Of a stretch of 64,000 bases of DNA, positions 1 through 12,200 are shown in pieces. The notes under the pieces are model-generated. The model saw nothing but the letters and a program-made list of their open reading frames with translations, was not told where the DNA came from and did no database searches. Location: NCBI GenBank assembly GCA_051362555.1, contig CM120643.1, positions 9,238,001 through 9,302,000 on the forward strand. Direction: 5' to 3'. Each line of letters begins with the position of its first letter. Position 1 is the first letter of the stretch. Both the position numbers and the translations under genes were made by a program. Source of the stretch: Lingula anatina (Eukaryota > Animalia > Brachiopoda).

Positions 1-663
1 GTAAATAATACACCATTCTTCCACAGTTTAAGTATCATGACCAGCATATAATCAATGCTGTGGTTTCTATCTTACAAATACATTAAAAAATAAGAATAAC
101 CCACATCCATCTGTTAGAAGTCTGACTCAGTCATAAATTTGAATTGTGCATAATATGACAACTTGGCGATCAATATAACTGTTCAGTACCTTTCACTTCA
201 TTCATTAATAATGTATAATATTACAAAGATGACAAATATGTTTTATAGACTTCAGGCACATAATGTGTAGTACATATACGATGTGTGTAACTTTTGGTAT
301 GTCAGCTCCTTTGCCTCACTGTGTTTTGTATGGTATTTGTTGGTGAATAAAACATCAAATGTCACTGTTAAAAAAACTAGTCCTCTTTTTTTTTTCTTTT
401 ATCATTTGACTATAAAAAGTGCTTTTAGTTTTATTCTAAAAGCATAAATTTGAAGCACCACTGTATGTTACAGATACAGAAGGTAACTTGAATATGAAGG
501 ACTAATTTTTTTTTTTTTTTTTTTTTTTGGGGGGGGGGGGGGGTCCACCTAATAAAGACATGTTTTTGAAAAGTTACAGAAAGAAACAGGCTATTAGTAT
601 TAGTATGACCCCACAAAATTTAATCTGGGTAGTGAAGTGATACTGCCTGACTTTGTGACTTAC

Positions 664-1594
664 CTCATACCCTTTCTCAAGAAGTAGTTCTGCTAAGTAT
701 GACCCATCCTACAAAAGAAAGAAAAATAGAAAATATGTTCAAAAATGATGAAATAATTTGTGAGTGTCACTTGTGCTTACATGAAATTAAAGTCACAATA
801 ATGAGGGCTATATACATACGGAGATTTCACTTGGAAAGTTTCCATCTAAACATTATATAATTTCATTGTTTAATCTATGCTGCTACAAGGACCACACCCG
901 AGTTAAGTGTCGGATAAATTCTCTCAGTTTGTTGTTACATTTAAATAACAAACAAGGGCGCGTCACTCTAATCAAGACCCCAAGTTGTCGAAATTTTGTG
1001 ACTTCGATTTTGAAAAAATAAAAACAATCAATAAAAAGCTGCTGCTTGCACAGGGTTTTTAGATGGTATGCAGCGTGGTTACATTTGTGAGTAAGTCCAC
1101 GGCTAAGTTTATAACTTAGGGCAAATTGGAAGCCATAGCTTGCATAATAAATTAAGATTTTTGATCCATTTAATTTGAGTGCATGGGCACGACACGAATG
1201 CAAAATGAACCCTCGATCAAACAATCGTAAGAGAAAAAACGCCGATTCTGTGAACAATGATGATTATCGAAACCTATTGCTTTCAGCGTTATTTCGAATT
1301 TTGTAGTCGGTCTACAGTAGCGTGGTCCCTGAATAAAGCAAGGTAAGAGATGAGGGGGGTATGTGGGCCTACCACATAGTACTACGGTAGCAGCACAGCC
1401 CATCTCCCTCATCTCATCAATATTTCATAACACTTTTAGCACCTCCGCATCTTTAAACCGATGAAGATCAACCTCAAGTCGCGTTCATCAAAGTTCGAGT
1501 AAATTACCTGTCCTGTGATTCCCGTCAGCAGAGCCACTTTTCGACCTCTTTTAGGCATCTTCGCTTTTGGTGGTGAACAATTCTCGCTCGCCAT
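664..1594 (-). CDS. GMDS: GDP-mannose 4,6-dehydratase, exons 1-2 (gene continues beyond the left edge)
   Basis: Exon 1 is 1594-1508 (MASENCSPPKAKMPKRGRKVALLTGITGQ, donor GTAATT). Exon 2 is 708-664 (DGSYLAELLLEKGYE, TAG acceptor, GTAAGT donor). Joined, they give the GMDS Rossmann signature KVALLTGITGQDGSYLAELLL. Not in the ORF track. Confidence 0.93.
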
Positions 1595-1965
1595 TTTTAC
1601 CGGCTTGGGCTAGCAGACACGCGTCACGTGGTGAACTACCCCGGAGTGTGATTGGCTGAGGTTGACCTGAACTTGGATTGCCTGACGTCACGGTGTAAAC
1701 AAATAAAATGTGCTCTGGGCAGCGTGCGTTGGAGCTGCCTGCCCGGGCAAGATGGGCTGACGCATTCCCTGACATTGGATAATCCCCGTAAATGAAAACG
1801 CTGCAGCCAATCACAAACCAACCCTGGGGTGTCGTCATGAATATCAAATGAGCATTTCGGGCATGTTGAGGCCACTCTAGCGTCACTCACTGTATATAAA
1901 TATATAGCATCCGTAGTAAGATATGCTCCATCATTATAATTTTACTTCGCGACACCAACATCACT
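1595..1965. promoter_or_regulatory. Bidirectional promoter between GMDS and the SAM-protease gene
   Basis: 371 bp separate the divergent ATGs. It is GC-richer than its surroundings. E-box TCACGTG 1624-1630, CCAAT/ATTGG at 1651, 1774 and 1807, perfect CRE TGACGTCA 1683-1690, TATATAAA 1893-1900 facing the + gene. Confidence 0.7.
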
Positions 1966-4900
1966 ATGAACTATGATGGTGTTAGGAATTTTCTACGGAG
2001 TTTGGATCTGTCACAGTATTTTGAGATGTTCAAGACGAAGGGATATGAACGGGAGTCCGATCTGGTCGATCTAGATGAGAAGGATTTGGATGATCTGTTG
2101 ATTACCAACCCAGAGCATAGGAGATTGGTGCTAGTTGCGTGTAAGTTAATTTCACTTTTCTCAGTACACATGGCCCACATTTATATATATAACTATATAC
2201 CGGCAAGTTAGCTTTAGGATGATTTCAAATACTAATATGTCACTCAGGACGTTGACTGTATAAAGAGACGATAAGTGCATGATCCATACTCGGCAACTTC
2301 CGCATTTTTACATATTTTTCTCACATCCCCCTCAACTTTGACTATGTAGCTTTCTTCTGTCTAAAACATTTTTTTCGTCTGTTAAACAGGATTTTGGTTG
2401 ATAGGACTTATATTTTTGACACAAACAGTCAATTCGATGTACACACGGAAAAAGAGCAATTCATCACAATCATTTTACTTGCCAAATTGCAGCAGAAATT
2501 CTAATACGGGAGTGATAAACGCGCACGCGATAATTGAATTTTATGGATAAATAAATTTTTTGTCTATTGTAATAATTTGAGCTCAATTCAGGCCCTAGAT
2601 TTCGACTCAATCTTCTACTATCCATTGTGAGGGCTAATCCACTATTTTAAAAATTCATTAAAAAAAAAAAATTTTTTTCGTTGTTTTACTATACATGAAA
2701 TAGAACAACCTGAGGCACCCCCGCTCTTATCTCTAAAATCTAACTTTTACCAATGATATCTCTCTCCGAAGTTTAAAGATTCAAAGATAAAACCAATTGA
2801 AAAAAATTGTCTTGAAATATAGGCCTAATAGGCACGAAAATCATCCAGCGCTAAAATATCGACGTTTTTTTTTTTCCTTGCCAGAGCTTGTTTAGAAATT
2901 TTAGTAAAATTCGCTTAGTAGGCCTGCTAAAATTGTATCAGTAGGCTCAGATGTTGTATGATTTTTATAAAAAAAACACAGTGGTGTCTTTTCAATCTAG
3001 CCTATAAAAACAAAATTATATATTATATTATATTACTGGTATTATAGATAACAAAACAATGCTTTGAAATTCTCCCTGATTCGACATATCTTTAACGCAT
3101 TAGAGTGTAAGCGTGCACGGGCATACATGTACAAATATTTTGATCACGTGCACATTCTTTACTTATCTACTACATAACAGGTTAATATTTGACTTACCAT
3201 TTTAAACAAGTATAAATTATAACCAGTTATTCCCTCTTGTGGTCATCAAAGTATACACATATTTTCAATTTTCTCAAATTCCCACTCCAGCTCAAGGTCT
3301 TGAAATTTCACCCGAGGGAGCTTTACTGGACTTTCTGGTGGCCAATGGGTTAGAGCATTACTACGAGAACTTTCTCCACGAGCACCGTGACATGGACATG
3401 ATTGAGAATATAGACACCACACAGGCGAGGTCCTTCCAAGAACTAGAGATCACACTGCCGGGACATAGAAAGCGTCTCCACAGGGCAGGTAGGCCCGGGA
3501 AGGGGAATGAAAGGGCGGGGGAGGGGCGGTTTAGAGAGAGGAGGTTGAGTCCCAAACTAGCCCAGCTTTAAATATTGAATATACATGATATAACCCAATT
3601 TTATTTAAGAAATAGACGAATACACTTTTACTGAAACCCAGGCTATATAAGTAATATTACACAAGATATTTTTGGTTGCTAGGGAGATTTTGGACATTGA
3701 TAACAAACTAATGTTGAACAAAATCTAAAACCTCATTTAATAAATGTACGTTATTTTGTTTTTGTATAGAACAGGTGTTTTGAATTTGGTGTTGGAGCTC
3801 ACAGCCTTGCAAAAATTATATTTCACACACCAAAGCGTCATGCATCATTTTGAAATCTGTCATAATTCTAAAAAAATTATATTTACATATATATTTCAAA
3901 AATGCTTTATTTTCTTCAGTATATTTTCTATGCGTGTTTTATTTTGCCTCTCCCGTATCAGTATGGAATACCCTGAATGAGAAAATATACTATTCACCAT
4001 TCTATAAATTATAACACAATGCGGATAAGATAGCTGGAATTGGAATTATGCCATTCGCATAAATGCATAAATGAATATAGTCTGAGACCTTGGGAAATTA
4101 TTACCAAGAATGCAGACTCGGTAGTATTGACGTGTGACTCATTATGCATGGGTCAGGTTTGCAGAGAAGTTTCACCAATCTCTGTCCGTAGAAAAAAGGA
4201 GTCATAGGTAAAAATGACTCAGTCATGACTGTTCCGATTACGTCAGCGATAATGTATGTTTAGCCAGCAAGGAGTTTCAATACATTGCACATATTGTGTA
4301 TATATTGTATACATATTTAATATACTGTCATTTGGTTGAAGAGACAGATTAGCAAATATTAAAAGATTTCGCTTCATATATGCACAGTAGCAATTTAGAT
4401 AGTTGAAAAACTAACCAATTAATTAATTAACCAATCAATTGATAAGTTAGTATAATTTCCCAATGTCATTTATCTGTCCCCATCTTTAACAATAACTTTT
4501 TAAATTTATTTGCTACTTGTGATAGCAATTGAAAATCAGTTACTGTATGCACGTTTTTACACATCTACAATATTTCTTTTTTTAATCAAATTCCTTTAGT
4601 GACACAGCTGCGAAAGCGGCGGAAACTAAGCGCGGAGGCAGAAGACCCCGTGGCCACTGGGTACTGGGGTAAACCGCGACCCCTAGCGGACGCCAAGAAC
4701 GACTTTCTTTGCATTCACGCTGCTATTAAAGGGGTTGGTGATGCAGACTACGAACAGATGCTTGGTACGTTGGATTTTTTCGTCATTTAATGTAATTTAA
4801 AAATCTTATGCTGTAGCTGACCTGTCTTTTACTTTTTCACTTTTCTTACGTTTGTTAAACCGAGACCCGTAGCTGTGTTTTACATGAAAGCCGTTCACAT

Positions 4901-6844
4901 GCATATTTAAACGGCTGAAAATTACCATGTATTTAGCAGGCATTTTCATCAGTTAATTTTAAAGTGAATTTTCCCCATAATCACCATGAGTATATAATTG
5001 TCGCGGTTAAATTTAATAATGGATTTCAAACAGTGACATATTTCATGAAACGGGCCACAAAATAAATACCATATTTTTTCACTAACTTTCTCATTTCGCA
5101 GAGTTTATGGTGGATTCCGGAAGTGACGTCGTAACGGTGGAAGAGAGCACGCTGTCACAGCTACGGCTGGAGCACCTGGGCACGGTAAAGAGCCATGGTG
5201 TACACGCCACGAAGGAGAAACAACTCTACAGGGCCATGCTAAGGATAGGACGGGAAGAGATTGAGATAGAGGTATATAAAATTATTATTATTATTTTTTT
5301 TTTATTTTTTTTTTTTTTTGACAATGATATTGATTCCAAAAAATTCCTATGTCTTCAAAACAAATGGGTGAAATAAGATATCACTTTCGCAAATGCTTGG
5401 ATATGTTGTTTGTTTGAGGCTTGCGAAAAGCGGATATACACTGATGCTCATAAGTTAAGCAACACCCCGATTTTTTCAAAAGTTTCTTCTATCATGATCA
5501 TTATTTCATTTGTTGGTGGGATTATGCATATTTCTTTCATATTTTATAAATAACTTATTCAAGTTGAATATTCCGGATAAAGAAATACACCACACAGCTT
5601 ATTGTAATAATCAAAATGACTTTATTAACCAAACGGTACTAAAATATGCCAAACCATATGTGTCAAAAAAGTATGCGCACACAGCAAAAAGTACGTGCTG
5701 ATTAAAACATGTGGGATACCGCGCTGTTGCAGAGCGTCTTGCACGGACCATGCTTTCTGGATGGACGCATAGTCCTGCACCAAAATGATTTTTCTTTCTG
5801 GATTTGCTTGAATGTGTGATTGTATGCACCCCAATGGTATTTCGTCTCTGTATTGTTGACCAGGGCGCCTCCCTTGAATGACGTACGGTGCCATTTTTCA
5901 TTGTTTGGCTGAAATGAACTGGTCCTGTTGGCATAATCGAACTAGATATCCTTATCTCTTGCGTCGGTTAATATTGGTCTACCAGAAAGAGGCTTGTCCA
6001 ATACATGATGAGTTTGGCGCCATTTTGCTACCAGCTTGGACACTTGATTTGGTGCTGCTTTTTTGTTGCCTTGCAATCTGTCTCTTTGGCACCCCAGCAC
6101 GATGGCTTCCCATTTTTTGCCATCTGATTACCTCGTTGAGTCCTCTTCTAACCATTTGTTGGTCCAAAATAACAAATTGTGCCCATGAAACTAGCCAAAC
6201 TGGAAGCTCCTCATGGCATGGCCAAACTGTGTTTTTCGCAAGTGGCACCCCCATTGCATATTCTATCGTGTCCAACAGTAAATAGTACTCTAATGTCACG
6301 GTCCAGTAAGTCACAGTAAAAACAACAGAAATATCTAGCTATTGTACAAATTTTGCCTCAATAAAAATTTTGGTTGCAGAGAAAATCGAGAAATAAGAAA
6401 GTGTTGCTTAACTTATGAGCATCAGTGTATATAAATCCGAAACTGAAATAATCTAAAACTAGTTTACAAATTATTATACTCAATGAGCTCAAATTCGGAT
6501 ATATTTCGTACAATTTAAGGTTTCATATCTCCGGTCTTAGATTTTTCGAACAAAAAAAGTAGTTTCCAACAAAAGTTCTGTGTAACAAAATTTTTAATGG
6601 CTTTCAGGTAATGGGAGAGACTTACAACTCCTTAGGAAGCCAAGTAATCCGCCATTTCAGACACTATATCAACGGCAATAGACACATTTGGCTGAAAGGG
6701 ACAAGGGACGATCCAATTGCCGCCAAACCACCGCCATTATTGTCTTCCTCATCATCAACGTCATCAACATCTCCTTCATCATCACCGCCTGCGGGTGTTA
6801 CGTCACCATCCTCAACTCTGACGTCACCATCCAAATCAACATAA
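1966..6844 (+). CDS. Tandem-SAM-domain protein fused to a clan AA (retropepsin-like) aspartic protease, 314 aa
   Basis: Exons 1966-2140, 3291-3488, 4600-4764, 5102-5271, 6608-6844 (945 nt; GT-AG; phases 1,1,1,0). SAM1: VRNFLRSLDLSQYFEMFKTKGY...LDDLLITNPEHRRLVL. SAM2: LLDFLVANGLEHYYENF...FQELEITLPGHRKRL. Protease: EFMVDSGSDVVTV...LSQLRL...YRAMLRIG...NSLGSQVIRHF. Ser/Thr/Pro-rich tail. Confidence 0.85.
5439..6427 (-). mobile_element. Internally deleted Tc1-family DNA transposon in intron 4 of the SAM-protease gene
   Basis: Perfect 27-bp TIRs CACTGATGCTCATAAGTTAAGCAACAC (5439-5465, 6401-6427) flanked by TA. Broken minus-strand transposase pieces: MVRRGL...GVPKRQIARQ, DKPLSGRPILTDARDKDI, YRDEIPL...IILVQDYASIQKA. 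Confidence 0.9.
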
Positions 6845-8204
6845 ACTTCTTTTAGATAAGATCACAAAGTTTCAATGTTTAACCCATTACAAGCATTGTG
6901 CAAGTTCAAATAAGATTCATATTTTTATATTTAGGAAAATCCACTAAGGCTTTTGCCATTATGGTCAAGATTTCGGTGCTTGAACCTGCAGTGCTATTTG
7001 CGATCAATTTTAGTCGTTATTGACTGAGTAAAAATCCTGTGATCTTAGAATCCAACCGTCAAAAAATCTTCAAGGAAAAATGTTTAGTGGCACATTATTG
7101 TCTTCCGAAAAAATTTTAATAGGTATTTCACAAAAATGAAATCACACCAAAAAGTATGTTATTTTAATTGACACTTTTGTGACTATGCAATACTCTGTAT
7201 CCAAGAGATACGGATTATTTATGGATATTATCCTTGATAGCGACTGCTAGTGGAAATGTGGTTTTTAGGAAGAACACATACCAAAATATGTTCTTAGTTA
7301 AAGACAGGATTGATGCTTTTATTTTTATATGGTCACACCAAATTTAGTGTGAATTATCGATCATTCTTTTTTTGTCGAACAGTCGTATTGAAAGATCAAC
7401 CCTCCTCCGCCTTCAACAAAAAAACCATAAAATAAACATGTGATATATATTGTGAGGTTTCCTTTGAAATTCACAAAGACAATTATCCGTATCTAACAAA
7501 ATAGGGGGCTGTTGCGTCAGATGGGGTGAGGAATGGGGGGGGGGGGTAAACCGTCAGAATTTGACTGCTTCAGGCCAGTAGCCCCCTCTCCCCCAAAACA
7601 AGCAGGCTCCCAATTAAATCCTTTACAGTTCTTTTATTAAAATATGCTTTATTTAACTTTTCTTAATGATCTCATTTAGGTAATATTTATAATATATATA
7701 TTTTAGTCGCACAAGTAAATGTGTAAAGTTGAAAATATCGTGAAACTGTATATTGTGTCAGTTGAAGAGACATAAATGGTAGAAAAGTGGAATCGCAAAG
7801 TTGGCGCAATGCTTTTGTCCTTTTTACTGGCTTTTTGCTAGCTTTATATTACTAGCTTATAATGCTATTGCCAGTTAGAAACAAGACCATTCAATGTTGA
7901 TTTTAAAAGATTCAATAAAGACATTCTATGCCATTTTAGTTGTCATTTCTTGCTTTTTTTTCAGTTTACCTTGGAATATGACCTTTTTACCTACTTTGCC
8001 GCCCTTCAAATTCCCTGCTCTCTCAACTGGCATACTTCTGATACTTGCATGTTTACAACAATTAAACTGGTTTGTGTTGCGCGTATTAAATTTTTCACTT
8101 CCAGTTGTACTATGACATCACAAGTTGAAAACGTCCGTCACGTTGTCAATAGCAGCGATGTAGCTAATCGATTTCTTGTGTAAACAAAAACTCTTCTTTG
8201 AATA

Positions 8205-8540
8205 ATGACAAGTCGCGGTAAAGATGTAAGGGGACCTCGATCAGATGACCACGATCGCATAACCAAGCAAAAACCTCTACAGGACGCACATAGCCTAAAA
8301 AGGGACGATAAAGCACCAGGATTTAAGAAAGTTTTACACAGTGAAGATACACCAAGAGATGAACTTCCCAGTACGTCTCAAGACGCCCCCTCACAATGTT
8401 TCCAGGAAAATGCTGAAAATGAAGGGACTGCAAATGAAACGCCATCTGGCGGCGATGGAGATTCACATCAGCGCCACAATGATGGTTTTCCGTTTAATTC
8501 ATTCGAGGAGATGTTAGACTTCATCTTGAATGGAATCTAA
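8205..8540 (+). CDS. Possible single-exon orphan gene, 111 aa, hydrophilic with a C-terminal amphipathic helix
   Basis: Intact ATG-to-stop ORF with coding-like composition. CRE-like TGACATCA at 8113 upstream, ATTAAA at 8659 downstream. No recognisable family. Confidence 0.35.
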   Translation: MTSRGKDVRGPRSDDHDRITKQKPLQDAHSLKRDDKAPGFKKVLHSEDTPRDELPSTSQDAPSQCFQENAENEGTANETPSGGDGDSHQRHNDGFPFNSFEEMLDFILNGI

Positions 8541-9068
8541 CCTTTAGATACTCTATTTTTCGAAATCTCGAAGTAATACATCTACATACTTCCAAGGAAC
8601 TGTTTATAAGATTGTATATAAACTGCATTGTATGTGTGTCTTTCAAATTTATTTCTGTATTAAATCATTGTAAATATTAAAATTAGAATTAAGTTTATTG
8701 GTCTACTGACATATGCGTATCTGCTTTTAAACAACATACTTTACATCAGCTTCACCGAAGACCCTTAAATAAATATAACAGTAAATATATCAACTCTTGT
8801 TTCGTCTTTTTTCCCCTTGGCTGCTGTAACATTTACGCAGTAGATCCCTGGTACTGTACATAGCGACATAGGCCCAATACGCCGAGGACAGGTTTACATT
8901 AATTGTCGATTTATCACTCGCGTAGGCCTAAACTCTTCCTTGGGAAAGTCCTTTTTCAATTTCAACTTGAATAATTTTACCCTTGTCCTAGACCCCTAGA
9001 CTTTTCAGTAACAATAAATCAATTATAATTGAAACAAGGTGCCTCTTGCTTATGAAAATTTGTCTTTA

Positions 9069-9119
9069 TGACGTCACCCCTCACATCCAAAATAGTTTCT
9101 AGATTCCTGTATGACGTCA
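9069..9119 (+). promoter_or_regulatory. Pair of perfect CRE palindromes upstream of the speriolin-like gene
   Basis: TGACGTCA at 9069-9076 and 9112-9119, about 95-145 bp before the ATG at 9214. Confidence 0.6.
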
Positions 9120-9213
9120 TAATGCTTACGCTGTCACAGCGTTACTTGGATACAAGCAGTTGCCGCGCAGGCAGATGATCTCTGCTACTCTTCCATGATA
9201 AAGCAAATGTAAA

Positions 9214-12200
9214 ATGACTGAGGAGAGCATAGAAACACCGCGGAAACAAATACAAAGCACGGACGACGAGAACTTTTTGTCTGCGGTCTCCGTGGCAAAT
9301 GCAACAGAAGGCGGTAAGGAAACTGATATCTTGAGAGACGATGGGAACCCGTCGGATGCGTATGGTGAAAGCAGCGATTGCGTAGAATTGGACACCCCAG
9401 ACTTAAAGAAACAAACCAGTGGGGAGAATGAAGAGATCGGTAATTTGGAAAATGTTGGAGAGGAGACGAAAGACCTGACCGCTATTTCCTCTGGAACACC
9501 GTCTCCAGTCCATATGTCAGAGCTTGACATAACAGCCACAGAAAGTGAGGGATCGCCCAATATTCCAACGGTAAACAGTCCCCATTTGATGAATGAACTT
9601 TCATCCGAGGCAATTCAGTCTGGTGGCTCAAGTTCGTTTATCGATGATTCTGAGGAAAGAGCGTCGACTTTACACATGGACGACCTGAAATCGGAGACTT
9701 TTCAGCCAGCAAACGAAGATGGGATAAAGGTCGGTGATCCAGTTGCAACAAGTACCCCAGTATCTGCCAAACCTCAAAATCTGGAAGATGAAAATGAAGG
9801 AGAATCCCCTGTAAGTGCTGCGATTCCGACGTTGCACGCAAGCGACTTGAATGATGAATTCGCCACTGATGTTGATCGCTCTGACGGCTCAAGCTCTTTT
9901 CCAGCGACTCCTAATCTAACTTCGGACAAATTATCCGACAGTTCTGTAGAAGGGATAAATGTCGGTCCCCCAGTTGCAACAAGTACCCCAGTGGCTGCCA
10001 AACTTAAAAGTCTGGAAGACGAAAATGAAGTAAAATCCCCTTTAAGTACCTCCATTCCAACGATGCACGCTAGCGACTTGAATGATGAATTTGCCACTGA
10101 TGATGATCGTTCTGACGGTTCAAGCTCCTTTCCAGCGACTCCTAATCCGACACCAGACAAATTATCCGATGGTTCTGGAGAAAGCGTTTCTACTTTACAC
10201 ACGGACGATCTAAAGTTGGAGACACCTCAGTCATCGGCCTTTGGTGAGATAAATATTGGCCCTCCCGTTGCCATGAGCACGCCCGTAGCTAAACGACCTG
10301 ATCGTGAGACGGAAACGCGCTCTCCTTCTGAAGTGATGGGCAAAGTCCAGAGAGTGCTGGAGTCTTTGACCGACGACACGCCAATTCCTTCAGTCGCTGA
10401 TGTGCACATTGATGAGAAGAAAACGACAACAGATCAAGACACTCCACTTGATAAAAGCGACCATTCACAAGGGCATGCGCAGCTCAACAACTTGCCTGAA
10501 AATATCCCAGAATCATCTAATTTTGCTCAGGGTGAATTGGAATGCTTGCCCCTAGAAGAGTCCATTGAATACCCCACAAATGCGTTGGTTATGAAAGACC
10601 ATGACGAACAGAAAAATATTTCAGTGGAAAACCTTGCTGCGTCTGCCAGCAATTTAACACCACCATTTCATGAAATACCCGAATTCATGAAAACAAACAG
10701 CAGCCACGAGAATGAAAGGAACGCAAAAAATCAGGAACACGAACGCGTTAAAGATGAAAATTCTCAGATTTGCAGGGAAAGCTACCCTGAATTCCTGAAA
10801 AGAGAAAACGCTCGCCTTCAAGCAGAAAACAAAGCTTTAGCTGAACAAATTGAGCTGAGAAAGAAGAATGCTGGGCTAAAAGCAGCCACCTTAGTCCTAC
10901 AAATAATGGAATGCTTTAACAGTGATACTGATACCGGTGAGTTAGCATAATAATTTTCTGTGAAAGAAAATCCCTCCAGATAAAGCTTTGCCGAGCATGG
11001 TTTCCACTCAAAACTGTCCAACATCTAAAGCATTTATTAAAACAGAATTCATTACAAAAAGCAGTATCGTATCTAGTGCCATGTGTGTATAATTCGTTAA
11101 TTTTTCCCGTTTCTGATATCGATATAGATACCATAAATGAACTGCACAAAAGCAACTTCGAATCCTTCATTATTCGTCGTAAAACCAGCGTGACAGGAAT
11201 GGTAGTCCGCTAGGAACTGTAGTCCATTCTCCATTACTTGCTGCAGGTGACATTTGTTCCATATACTAACCCTATTACTCCGGCTAACCCTAACCTGAAC
11301 TTAACATTTGGGACCCGGGCTTCCATGCCTAGGCCCACCATTCCTGCCACACAGTCATAATGTATGACTCACAAAATATAATTAATGCACCTTACAGTTG
11401 ACAAGGCAGTGTTCCCTGGAATGCGACAGAAGGTTCGTGACATAATTCCTCTCTCAGAGCCAAACCAGCTCTTCCTCCAGAGCGTCAGAGGCAGAACTAG
11501 GGATCTCAGCAAAGGAGGGTGTGATGAGTACTTGGGCAGCTTTCACGCATGTACAGGTAAAAATCCTTTTACTTTACCTGTCTTTTTATCCTTTTCAATT
11601 GATGGTATTACATGAGCACATTTCGAGTTCCAAATTGAAGCATCTATTGGTTTTGATTGATTGATTGATTTGCAGAGCAAATGGAGATCCACCGTTTCTC
11701 TTTTTTCTAAAGATATAAGATATTAAGATTAAAATATAAAACCTAAAGAAATAGCTGACATTTTTTTTACAACATTTAAAATCAAATTTTTCCAAAACGC
11801 TACCCACAAATTACACGCAGGAATGATGAATCAGTACTAATACATCAACAGCACTTATGCAGAACTGATTTTTTATTGAAGGGTTTCAATTTTATTATTT
11901 CAGAGTCAATAACCAAAGCAGGGACTCCTCTTTTCAAAATAGCAGACGTCGCTCCATCAAGGCGTCTAATCGGAGAAATTGCTTTCCAGCTGGACCGACG
12001 TATCATGGGTTACGTATTCAGCGGCAAGCCAATGAAAGGCGCTCCTCGCACTCGTTTCTATGGTTATAACGTGGGCAACCTGCAAGACCTCATTATCATA
12101 GAATCTATAGACCCCATAACGTCGAGACTAGACACAGAAAAGAAGTACGCTTTGAACTATCGCTTAGAGTATATTTTCCGAAGTCTTGGTCCGCTGGGTT

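Noticed and set aside
1621-1660. ERSE (CCAAT-N9-CCACG) in the GMDS promoter
   Set aside because: On the minus strand the spacing is 19 nt, not 9.
5102-5271. Aspartic protease as part of an LTR retrotransposon
   Set aside because: It is interrupted by spliceosomal introns and in frame with SAM exons, with no LTRs, gag, RT or integrase nearby.
9126-10409. Minus-strand ORFs opposite speriolin-like exon 1 (likewise plus-strand ORFs at 50780-52850)
   Set aside because: Antisense shadows of long coding exons.
11265-11305. Interstitial telomere (TAACCC)
   Set aside because: Only 2-3 degenerate units, inside a small MITE-like element.
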